Shown: one piece after another, positions 10,801 to 20,966 of the stretch
How positions within the stretch are numbered: position 1 is the stretch's first letter
How the letters are laid out: every line of letters starts with the position of its first letter
Notes under the pieces: model-generated
Databases searched by the model: none
What the model saw: the letters and a program-made list of their open reading frames with translations, nothing else
Told to the model about the DNA's origin: nothing
Origin: Paraspadella gotoi
Lineage: Eukaryota; Animalia; Chaetognatha
Direction of reading: 5' to 3'
Assembly: GCA_051294375.1 (NCBI GenBank)
Contig: CM119263.1
Span: 30,319,376 to 30,383,375, forward strand
Length of the DNA: 64,000 nt
Translations under genes and position numbers: made by a program

Positions 10801-13800
10801 TGCAAATTTGAATTCCTCGTCAAAAGTTAATAAAAGAAATATAAATCATTTTTAAAAAATTCTTTCATTAAGTGGGTTCAAAATTAAAAAACTATATTTA
10901 ATATATAAAAAGTTAATTTTCATCTTAAAATATAGCTTTTTCTAATTTTTGACCCACTTAATAAAGGAATTTTCAAAAAGAGTTATATTTCTTTTTACCA
11001 ACTTTTTATGACGAATCCAAATCTGTAAAAAAATCTTAGAAAAAACTGTTTTGAAATTTTAACATTTATTGGTTTAGTATTAGTATAAATATGGCCTACT
11101 GCGTAAATTGTAAAATTTATTATAAATTTTTTGATTATATAAATGTTCATTAATATAATGTTGTTCGTTCCTCACTTTTAGAATTTTAATTAAAGTTAAA
11201 TTTAGAAATTTTACTACGCCTTATTATACAGTTTAAACGGATCAAAGACACAGTTAAACTTTGCATATAAAATGAAGCCCATTCCATCATTGGCCGGTGC
11301 CATTGGTGGCTGGACATCAAGTCGTTGATCAGATTCCGAATATAAGTTCATGATTTGTCTGCGATCATATCTTTCGCTCACCTGTTCCTTGAAGGAAGAG
11401 TCGAGCTTCTGATATTCCCCGACCTTCTCCAACACGTCGCCAGTGGCGCCGTTGAGCTTCAAGGTTTCAACTTGGAAGGCGACGACGGAGGCGAACTGCT
11501 TGTGCTCTTGGTCGAGACGCTTCCTCGTTGAGGAGAGAGTCGAAGAATCCTTGGACTGCTTGAACTTGGCGATGGCGTCGTCGTAGGAGCGGTAGAGATC
11601 GGCTCGGTGGGAGTGGATCGTGTGGATCTTGAATGGAGCGGAAGGGAAAAAAAAAGTAAAATGAATGAGCCTTAAAAATTATTCAAGTTTGATATATAAA
11701 AAATTAACATTGGGTACGTCAGAGATCTCGGTGGGAATGTCCGCATTCGATTAGGAAGAAGCGAATAAATTGAATTCATCACGTCGAAATTATTTTAAAA
11801 ATAAATAATTAACATAATATAATTTGTTAGAAAAGCAAATGACCTCCTCAATCGTTCCGGCAATCTTCATCTTCGACTCAGACTCGACGTCGGGCGAAAT
11901 CGTGAAGTCGCATCTCACGTAGACGATGACGAGAGAGAAGAGGAGGAAGAAGGCGCCGATGAGGAGGAGGGGTTCCTGAGAGGAAAAAAGACGAAACGAT
12001 TTAAAGAAACAAATATTAATAAATATTAACTATTAATTAAACTATTGTCAGGCCAACTACGTGAAATCTGACACGAGAGTTCAGAAAACCTTCCATGTCG
12101 CATCCTTTTATTTCTTTGGCGCTCGTTAATTTAACGACGATGAATAAGAACTGAATCGTCATTTACTCAACCGGAGCGCTTTATTTCATTCCAAATGCAA
12201 CAATGATATTAAAACGCACCTGAAGTAGAAGCATCTTTGTGAAGGTGTAGCGAATTTTAAAGGGCTGGATGTGCGCCTCCACCAGATTTGTTTTCTCAGC
12301 GACGACGACGACCCGGCCAAGAGTGTCTAGATACGTGGAGAGTTTTTCATTGGCACGACGCTCGACGTCATAAGGAGCAGAAAACCGAATGTCCGTTACA
12401 CCTTCGGGCAGAACAACCTAAGATACGACGGATCAAACTGAATAAAATTAACTGAAAAACCGCAATTGATTTAAAATAATGCAACCTTTAGGGTGATTTT
12501 GTCAACCACCATATCGTCGTAAATGTGATCCAAAAAAGGCAGGGTTAGCAGAAAATCACTGCCAGAGACAAAAAGCGACTCGTACGAGGGGAGGTTATAG
12601 CCTAAGGTGTACTTGGTCTTCCAGCCGCCAAAGAGAGGAAAGCGCGGGCGAACTTCAACCTTGAAAAAAAACAAAAGTTTAATTAAAATATTATTTAACA
12701 TTTAACAAAGACTCATACCTCAATAGCATCTCCTATATCCTTAAGATTAGAAGTAGAAATATTGCCAATTGCGTCACGATAGTAAACATCTCTGGCAGAA
12801 GCTGGCAGCACAGTCTTGAAAGCCTTGATCGAAGAATCAGGTCCCGAGGTCCGCTGATAGTCGTAGCGAGAGAAGGGGCCTGTGCAAATGAGTAAAACAT
12901 ATCTTATGTATCTTTGTTTCTGTGCAAGTTTTTTTTTTTTAAATATGAATATTTTTTTTCAGATCTCGGTGGAAGGAATCCTCAATAGTGGGTCAGTTAG
13001 CCAATATTCTTAAGTCATCATTTTTACAAACAGAACAACAAATAATGAGAAACCAAGAAGCTTACCCTTTAACTTGGCTCCTGAATGCCTCATGTCTATG
13101 TCCTCTTCTACGGCGATGTTTCCCCAATGAGACACTTCCACAAGCCTTGTCATTTCGGTTACCTGATAATTTATACAAATTATAGTTTAATTTTAAAAGT
13201 TTCCAAAATCCCACCTCAATACTGTACCGTGAGAAAGGGAGAGTTGTTCTCATAATGGACGGAAATCTCCTTAGCGGAGTGAGGAGCGAGGTTGGAGAAA
13301 GGGCCGTAGAGGATGATCGAGTCTTTCAGAGAGTTCGGTTTAATCTTGAACAAAAATATAAAATAAGTTTTAATGTACAACCTTTAAATGGATTTAATCA
13401 AATAATATTATGTATACATATGATCAGAGATCTCGGTGGAGGTGTCCACATCCACAATAGTCGGTTAGCGAATATTCAAAATTCATCATTCATACAAGCT
13501 TAAAGAAAAACGAATATGTAAACAAACAAACCTTTGTATGAGATTCAATCTTGCTGGAGCCCAACTTGACTTCGGTGGTAGTAGAATCGGTGTTATACGG
13601 AACAAGCAGATGAAGATTTCCCGTGAAGATGACCTGTATTGGAAGAAGGAAAAGTTAGAAAATATTAGAATTTTAAAAAAACTAAATATATAAAAAAAAA
13701 ATTTCTGTCAGGCCAACTACGTGAAATCTGACACGAGAGTTCAGAAAACCTTCCATGTCGCATCCTTTTATTTCTTTGGCGCTCGTCAATTTAACGACGA

Positions 13801-14645
13801 CGAATAAGAACCGAATCGTCATTTACTCAACCGGAGCGCTTTTTTATTATTTTCAAGAGAGGAATCGAACGGGTGACCTTCTGAGCCTCGGCCTGCGCAA
13901 TCTCCACCGGGAAAGGCGTGAGGGCGTGGGAGAAGACTTCCTCGATCTCCAACGTCGCCGCCGCGTCGACGCCCAAAGGCGAAGGGAGGGAAATCGTTTG
14001 ATCGCCACCAGCTGATGAAATCTCCAGCGGAATCGTCTGGGTACAAAGAATAATAATGTTTAAATATTCAATCAAATTTTTAAGAAGATAAAATTATAAA
14101 AAAAAAACTACCTTTTTGCCCTGCTTGGCGACGGCGCTGACCGAGGCGAGGTGAGTGAGCAGCAGTGGATCCGTTGAGAAAGTGAGGGTCTGAGCGACTG
14201 ACCCGCCCGCGTTCTTAACCGTGACGGAGGACGAGATCTTGACGAGGTGAGTCGTCGCGTCGATCGTCCTTCGTGCCTGAGATGGTGTCGAGGGGAAGGG
14301 GGTGATTAGTGAAAGGGATGGTGGAGCGGGGAAGTGAGGAAGATGGAGTGGAAAGGAGCCGCATTTCAGAGTGAGCTGAGTGTGTCGACAGATCTATGAT
14401 TAAGAGTTGGATTATTGTCATCATAGACGCGGAAGGACAAATGTTTATTCTTTTAAAGTCTTTAATTTAGTTTTTGGTTTATTTCATAAACATTAAAACC
14501 CGCCAGCCTTCGGCCCAAATCTATGGATCGATGGCCTCACCTTCTCGACGATCAAATCGGCGCCGACGTCGCAGACGAAGAGAATCGCGAGAGCGAGACT
14601 CAACATCTTCGTTCTCCTCGAAGTCGTCATCGTCGCTCTCCACAT
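7811..14645 (-). CDS. RPN1: Ribophorin I, oligosaccharyltransferase subunit
   Basis: Signal peptide [16 protein letters not shown], then DLIVEK|[61 protein letters not shown] and a TM helix. The last exon 7951-7811 (AEKLVAGK...AILNVL*) lies beyond a 3.4-kb TE-filled intron. Confidence 0.93.
8067..10413 (-). mobile_element. DIRS-type gag-only element, copy 2 (many indels), in the last RPN1 intron
   Basis: Same ITR/ICR/AATT layout as 2290-4664. Right end actacacgatagaatt nearly matches the ICR junction sequence. Confidence 0.85.
10630..11228. mobile_element. AT-rich foldback/MITE-like long imperfect palindrome (~600 bp)
   Basis: Paired arms taaggcgtagtgaaa/tttactacgcctta, cgcagtaggc/gcctactgcg and attaagtgggt/acccacttaat, centred near 10910. 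The left arm also occurs at ~4878-5027. Confidence 0.75.
11719..11782 (-). ncRNA. Box C/D snoRNA, U24/SNORD24-like (copy a)
   Basis: GTGATGA...CCACCGAGATCT-CTGA with an ACGT terminal stem, intronic and sense to RPN1. The guide resembles U24 CCACCAAGAUCG-CUGA, antisense to LSU GAUCUUGGUGG. D' guide is degenerate. Confidence 0.8.
12043..12181 (-). ncRNA. Candidate box H/ACA snoRNA, RPN1 intron (copy A)
   Basis: Hairpin gcgctc...gagcgc, H-box-like AAAGAA, second hairpin agg..tctga..tcaga..cct, and ACA 3 nt from the end. Near-identical copy at 13703-13841. Confidence 0.65.
12959..13021 (-). ncRNA. Box C/D snoRNA, U24-like (copy b)
   Basis: ATGATGA, AGAATATTGGCTAA-CTGA (D'), CCACCGAGAT-CTGA (D); both U24-type guides present. 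Confidence 0.85.
13424..13489 (-). ncRNA. Box C/D snoRNA, U24-like (copy c)
   Basis: ATGATGA, GAATATTCGCTAA-CCGA (D'), CCACCGAGATCT-CTGA (D). Confidence 0.85.
13703..13841 (-). ncRNA. Candidate box H/ACA snoRNA, RPN1 intron (copy B)
   Basis: Paralog of 12043-12181 with about 3 substitutions; similarity stops at the predicted RNA ends. Confidence 0.65.
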
Positions 14646-14834
14646 TCGATTCTCTCTTTTCGTTCACAAAAAAAAAGTTGACGAATCACAAATCGACCTG
14701 AAAAACAACAACGATCAACCAAAAACTGATAAAAGGAGAATAAAACGCGAGGAGAAGATGGGGAAACAAAAAAAAAACAAAAAAGAAAAGGGGATCATTG
14801 GGATCACAGATAGAGCCAAGGGAAAAGTGTCTCT

Positions 14835-17800
14835 TCAGGATTTCCGTCTTTTCGCCGGAGGTTCATCCTTTTCATTCGTCGTCTCCATCTCCTCGTTATC
14901 GGCGTCATTCGAGTTTTCCGCCGACTTTTCCATCGGCTTTTTGGGCGTCACGGAAAATCCGGGCACGACCGGCTTCACCAGTTGAATGACCATCTTCTGG
15001 TGCTGAACGTCTCTTCTGTCGATGGAGACTTGAACGGAGACGGGATCGAAGGTTCTCAAGACGACGCCGCCGCAGGTTTGACTCGGAACGTCTTCGTCGA
15101 AGATCCAATCCGCAGAGTTCGTCTCTGAAAATGTAAGGAAATAAGTCGATAAGACTAAACGAAATCTAAGGAAAGGAAATCCGACTAGGTGTGACTTACC
15201 CTTTTTCCGTTTATCGGCGAGGAACAAGGTTCCTTCCAATCCGTATTTGGGAATCAGAATTTGGAGAGCGTTTTTCCTAAGGAAACGAAATAATGTGGCA
15301 AAGTTAGTTTTGGTTTCTTTTAAACGGGTTGGGGCGGTATATTCACACCGCCTCACATCCACCATCGTTCAGCCAATCCCATTGGCTCAGACGGGGAACG
15401 CACCATCCCAAGAGTTGCGTTCCATCCACAGTCATAATGATTTCCCTCACACACATCAGTATGTGCATATATAAAAATATATAAAAATTTAAAATTGTTT
15501 CAATGTACTGACCTAACGAAGAGAACGTATCCTTGCTCCACTTGTTTCCGGTTGGCGAAAAAGAGCTGCGTGTGCAGCGCCACCGACGCGCGACCCGCGT
15601 AATCCGCCATCCGCTTTCGGTAGTTGAGGTTGTTGCAGACTTTCTCAACTTTCTTTTTGTCCAGCATCTCAGGGTAAGTCCGATCCTGGTTGGGAGATTT
15701 AAGGTTCAGAAATTTATATCTCATATCTTTTTTTTTTAATTTATAAAAATAATAACTTCAAAGTTGTTCAAAAATTTCGCTTACGATCGAATTTGACGTC
15801 AAGACGAACAGAAAAAGTACGAGATTCTCGAAAATTAAATCGATTTGGCAGCCGTCTGCCCAGAACCGACACGGAAAAGAGTCGGCGCTGATCTTATAAA
15901 CTGCGGATCGATAGATGGCCAGTGGCCACGCTCACCGAAAGACTTACCGATTGGATGAGCGACGCCAAAAGGCGATGGACGAGGATGTCGCTGTATCTCC
16001 GAATTGGCGAAGTGAAGTGGGTGTAGATGGGGCAAGCGAGACCGTAGTGGGCGTATTCGGGTTCTGGAAGGGTGCCCGAACAGAAGTAGAGAGCCTATGA
16101 AAGCAAAAGATATATAAACTATTTTGTTTTTTTTAATTTTTAAATGTATTATGTTTAAATTTAAACGTGTAGGCATTCATTAAACAAAAGAACCAACCTG
16201 CATCATGCATCGCGTGGCCAAGATTCGCAGCATGACGTTGAAGAAAGGAAATCCCGGGACCTCGGCTTGACCCAGCGTCGTGGCCAGACCTTTGTTGGAG
16301 TTGACGTCGAGATCGAAACCTTTGGCGGCGGCAATCTTCACGATTGGTTCGTAGTTTGACGGCGGAGGAGCTGATAGGTTAAGAGGAGAGATACTTTAAG
16401 TGAACAATTAAACCTGTACTAAATATATAATAGGACGCGCAGCACAACCTACCCGGATGCCTCCTGAGAACGGCGCACTGTCCGAAGGCTTCCAAAGTCG
16501 CCTCCGCCGTCGAAATGTTTGCCAACAACATGAACTCTTCCACCATGGACATGGTCTCCAGAAGCTGCTTCGTTTGAACCTGCAATTGTTAAATAACGTA
16601 GTTTATTAACTTAATTTGCCAAAATACCCATTGAAAAGCATTTATCACAAAACAAGATTAACAAAATACAGCATTCATAATATTCTTTCCTAGCCTCTGT
16701 TTCCCCAAGTCCCTAAGTCCACCTTTTCACATGGTGTAGGTATAAGATAATTTTTTTGTTGTATTTTTTTGTTGCAAAGAGAGAATTTTTCAATATCATA
16801 GAGTGAATGGATAATTTTATAGGCCTATGAGTTGTATCAATTGCATATGATTAGCTACATTATATTATTGCATTGACAAGTTATTGTCTATCTTTACCTC
16901 GACGGGATCGTGCGTCTCCGAGTCTAAATGGAACCGAACTTCGGTGGAGGCGAGCGACAACGCCCCGGCGTCGATGCGGCGCCGCTTGAGGATCTTGGCG
17001 AGGCGGTTGAGGCTGCGGAGGCCGAGGGTGAGGACGTCGTCGTCGGGGCCGTCGATGCGCATCTGGGCCTCAGCGTAGGTCATCGCCGCCTTGGAGAGGA
17101 TGGCGCTTTTAGTGAAGCGGGTCTTCAAGATCTGGAAAGGAGAGCGATAAAAATTTTATTTTCAAATCAACAGTTTATAATATTTCGCTGTTACTCTCCC
17201 TTGCCTCGGCATTTTGAGTCATTTCCCAAATGCAGGAGAAAGCGAGACGCTCCTCGCCGCCACGGAGCGAACAGAGATTCCCCGAGAGAAGCTCGGGCAC
17301 CATGTCGATTCGTTTGTCGACGAGATAAACCGTCGTCCCTCGAGAGGCCGCCTCCAAATCGATGGCCGAGCCTAAAATTGGATTAATTCTAAATAAATTA
17401 TGTTTAATATTGAAAAGTTTGTAAATAGACGAATACCGAATAAGATTAGGAAGTGTACAAGACGCCCTCCAACATCGCTCTATTTTAAATCGATGTCAAA
17501 TTAAAAAAAAGGAAAACGCCTCGAAGATTTACTCTTGCAGCTGTCTGCCCAGAACCGACACGGAAAGGGTCGGCCCTGATCTTATTGACTGCCAAAACTC
17601 ACTGCCCCCTCCCGCCAACGTACCTGGTTTGATGAAGTGAGAGACGTCAGCGATATGAACGCCGACTTCCAGATTCCCGTTCTCCAGCGGGCGACAGTGC
17701 AGGGCGTCGTCGATGTCTGTGCAGCCGGGCGGATCCACGCTGCAGATGTTGAGGTGGCGGAGATCCTCGCGGTTTTCCAGCATCTCCTCCGTGATTCGCC

Positions 17801-20545
17801 AGGGTAGGGAGGGGAGGCATTTGAGAACGGAGGCGGAGAAAGGGCCTGGAGTGGATAGAGAGGGAGTGACGTAGGGAGAGAAGAGAGGAGGAAGAAGAAA
17901 GCAGAGAGAAGAGAGGATAACGGAGGGTGAAGGGAAACTAAGTACGGCTAACTAAATGAGTCTCAATATCGCATCATCCTAAGCGTTTGTCAGGAATGGC
18001 TTTATCTTCAACTCGTGATTCACAGTTGGGGAATCCAGTCTCATCATAATCAACTCTACCCCCCCCTCATTTCTCTCTCTTCTCTCACCGTGAGGGACGT
18101 CGTGTTCCAAGAGAAGGACCTCGTTCTCCGTCTCTTTGTCTCCGATGGCGCCGAGTCGACGGACGAAATGACCCAAAGGGTAAAAGGAGTTGCGAGGCCA
18201 AGAGTCGATGGCCACGATGATGCGTTGATCGATCAGAGAGGCCGCCTGGATTAATTACTATTTAGTAAGTTACGTAATTCCTAATTAATATATCAAATTG
18301 GAGTCGGTGCCTCAGTGTTATTAATTAATATTATGAATTATCATCAATTGAAAAAGCGAACCTGCCTCGTCTCGATTCTGATCTTTGGAATTTTCTTCTC
18401 CGCCGGGATGAAGAGATGCCTGACGGTGTCTTTGATGGCAGATGGTTTGAGGATGCCGCAATACTGACGCCAGTTGCGTTTGATGATGCCGACCACGCGA
18501 CCCGTAGGTTTAGCGTCCGAGTCGTTTCTCGTGGTGGGAGGATCTGAGAAAGCGTCAATAGAAATAAAATATTTAATAATTATAAGTTAATAATATTTAA
18601 TAATTATCAAAAACAGAGGATCCAAAATGACTTAAAATGACGTAAAGGACATAATGACTGAAACTATATCAAGGAAAGATTTATCTTAACTTAAGGCCAA
18701 TACGACTATATGCAAATGAGATTAACAATATCGATCTCATTCTTCATCGAATTCCGTTTCATGTGAATAAAATTAAGCTAACAATACATAGGCTGCTTAA
18801 TGGCAAACTTTTATAGTAAACCTGATTAATGATTTTAACTCAAGACCAACCTTCTCCGTGGAGATTTTCTTTCTCGGCTTCGTCGTCCTTATCGTGAGTC
18901 TCTTCCATCAAGATGAGATTGGAAGGTCGACTCCATTTCGATCGATCGAAGACTTCGACGGCGACTTTATCTCCGTTGACGGCGCGATTCACGTGCGTCA
19001 TACCCTGGACGAGGATCGGGGCGGACCCGACGCCGTAGTCGTCGTCTCCCCCGCCGCCTGCCGGGTTTATAATTATATTGTAAAATATTCCAGTTGTTGA
19101 CTTATAAATCAAGCACAACTTTATACCCTTTTCGAAGCCCAGCTTTTTGTCCACCTCGTCCATCTGCGTCAAGACGCTTCCCTCCAAATAATTGTAAGCG
19201 GAGGCGAAGTAAGTCCCTTGCAAGAATTTGCCGGATTTGATTCCGGCCTGAATCTCTGCCATGGGAAGATGAACGGGAAACTCGAGCTCTCTCCCTCTCT
19301 TCTCTCTCCTCTCCGTCGCGTCCTCCTCCATCTCTTCCTCCTCTTCCCCTCTCCTCGCCACTTTGTCGGTCAGTCCCTCGCAACCCGACAGACTCTCCAC
19401 GTATTCTCTGGTGGTGAAGACTCGAAGTCCCTCGTCGGTCGCGCGTCGTTTGTTCTCGCGATCGTCGGTCAACATCACGACGGAGACTTGGGGGCAGTGG
19501 AGGGACAAGTGCCGCTGGTACCTGAGGATTCGAGAGAGAAATAATTTTTCATAAACTTATCATTAAATAATATTTATTTAATATTAATATTATTTAAACA
19601 GACCATTTGGCGGCGTGTCGAATTGCTCGATCGTTGCGATCGTTGGCAGTCTCGCCCTTCGCTTGTTCCACGTAGGCGTCCTTAAAAATGACGATATAAT
19701 TATGTTTAATGACTTAAGCAAAAAATCCAAACGACGACGTCAAGATTGTTTCTCCTCGTCCTCACCTTGTGATGCTCATTGACAAAAGCGTAAAAGTGTT
19801 TGTCTCCGTTGGCGAGAGAATCCTTAAACCGCTTGAGCGTCGGTCCCGAGCGATGTCGAACTTCTTGCAACACTGTCTGGGAGAAAAAGTATTTTTCGTT
19901 ACTTTAAAAGAAAAAGTACATAATGTAATTTAGTTAAATAACAATTGTAATGAATCCAAACCTGCAGGACGACTACGTTGGCGATGGCTTCGTCCTCCAG
20001 CACATCGAGTTGATGGAGAACGACGTTGGCGTCGACGACGAGTATGTGGGGGACGGGAAAGAGGGAGCTCTTGCTGGAGAATAGGAGTGGAAGATTGAAA
20101 TCGAAAAGTTTAAAATAAAAGTATAAATGATTGAATAAAAATTAAACAATTTATTCGCATTGTGTTCGTTAATCTAATTTATAATTTTATAATTATATTA
20201 TTGTATTCGAAAGAATTGGGGCGGAGTCCACATGAGAACCTCGTCACACCCGATTTGAACTTTGCTTTCCTTCCGTTGACGACCGACTCGGCGATGTGAG
20301 ACGCCGAACCGGTGCTTTTATTGGAAGGCCACAACTTATCACTGACCAGAATCAACTCACCTGACTGGCACGTCTTCGGCTATCAACGGCCCCACGACGA
20401 GCCCGCCCTCGAGAGCGTCGGCGTTGGGACATTCGGCGCAGCGGGGGACGCCGCAGTAAATGTCGTCGCGGAGGTAATGTTCGCGAACGACCTTGAGGAT
20501 GGAGCCTCGCTTCGTCTTGCGGATGAACGTCTTTTGTTTCAACAT
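14835..20545 (-). CDS. DIS3: Exosome catalytic subunit DIS3/RRP44
   Basis: [35 protein letters not shown] segment [12 protein letters not shown] motif [47 protein letters not shown]. Confidence 0.96.
15762..15905 (-). ncRNA. Possible H/ACA snoRNA, divergent paralog of 17451-17593
   Basis: Shares the 5' hairpin (ataagatcag..ccgac..gtcggttctgggcagac.gctgc) and has ACA near the 3' end; H box is not canonical. Confidence 0.4.
17451..17593 (-). ncRNA. Candidate box H/ACA snoRNA, DIS3 intron
   Basis: gcag...ctgc hairpin, H box AGAGTA, second hairpin cgaggcgtt...gggcgtcttg, ACA plus 3 nt. Confidence 0.6.
17990..18047 (-). ncRNA. Candidate box C/D snoRNA, DIS3 intron
   Basis: ATGATGA-GACTGGATTCCCCAACTG...TGAAGA...AAGCCATTC-CTGA; paralog at 36163-36217. 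Confidence 0.65.
20199..20329 (-). ncRNA. Candidate box H/ACA snoRNA, DIS3 intron 1
   Basis: ccttcc...ggaagg hairpin, H box AAAGCA, second hairpin, ACA-ATA end; a GC-rich island in an AT-rich intron. Confidence 0.6.
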
Positions 20546-20966
20546 TGTTTTTTTAAAGTTTTGCTCTTTAGGAAAACAAAAAAACAAATGCAAAAATTAT
20601 AAAAAGTTGGTGTATCACAAAAATTGTAAAAATAGCTCAGGAAATGGCGGACGGAATAATTCATTTTTCCGAGGGAGAGGGGGCGGCAAGGGGGCGGAAA
20701 GGGGGAGGAGGGGGAAGAAATGAATGAAAAAATCATGAGAAAAAAAATTGTTTCATATCAATTTTGGGGAATTTCGCATCGCAGAGGAATCATACTCAAG
20801 AATCGAAATCGGATAGGCGACTCGGGTAAAATCCGTTATAGTTTTTACTCGAGGCCAAAAAAAAAAGTCCCCTCCCTCTCCCCTTAAAAAAACCGATAAA
20901 AAAAAGGTTTTGACGTCTTGACGTTTTGACGTTTTGACGTTTTCTTCACGTTTCTTGACGTTTTCT

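Noticed and set aside
14215-14424. [11 protein letters not shown]... as RPN1 exon 1
   Set aside because: Wrong frame. The signal-peptide exon at 14645-14541 splices in frame to 14277.
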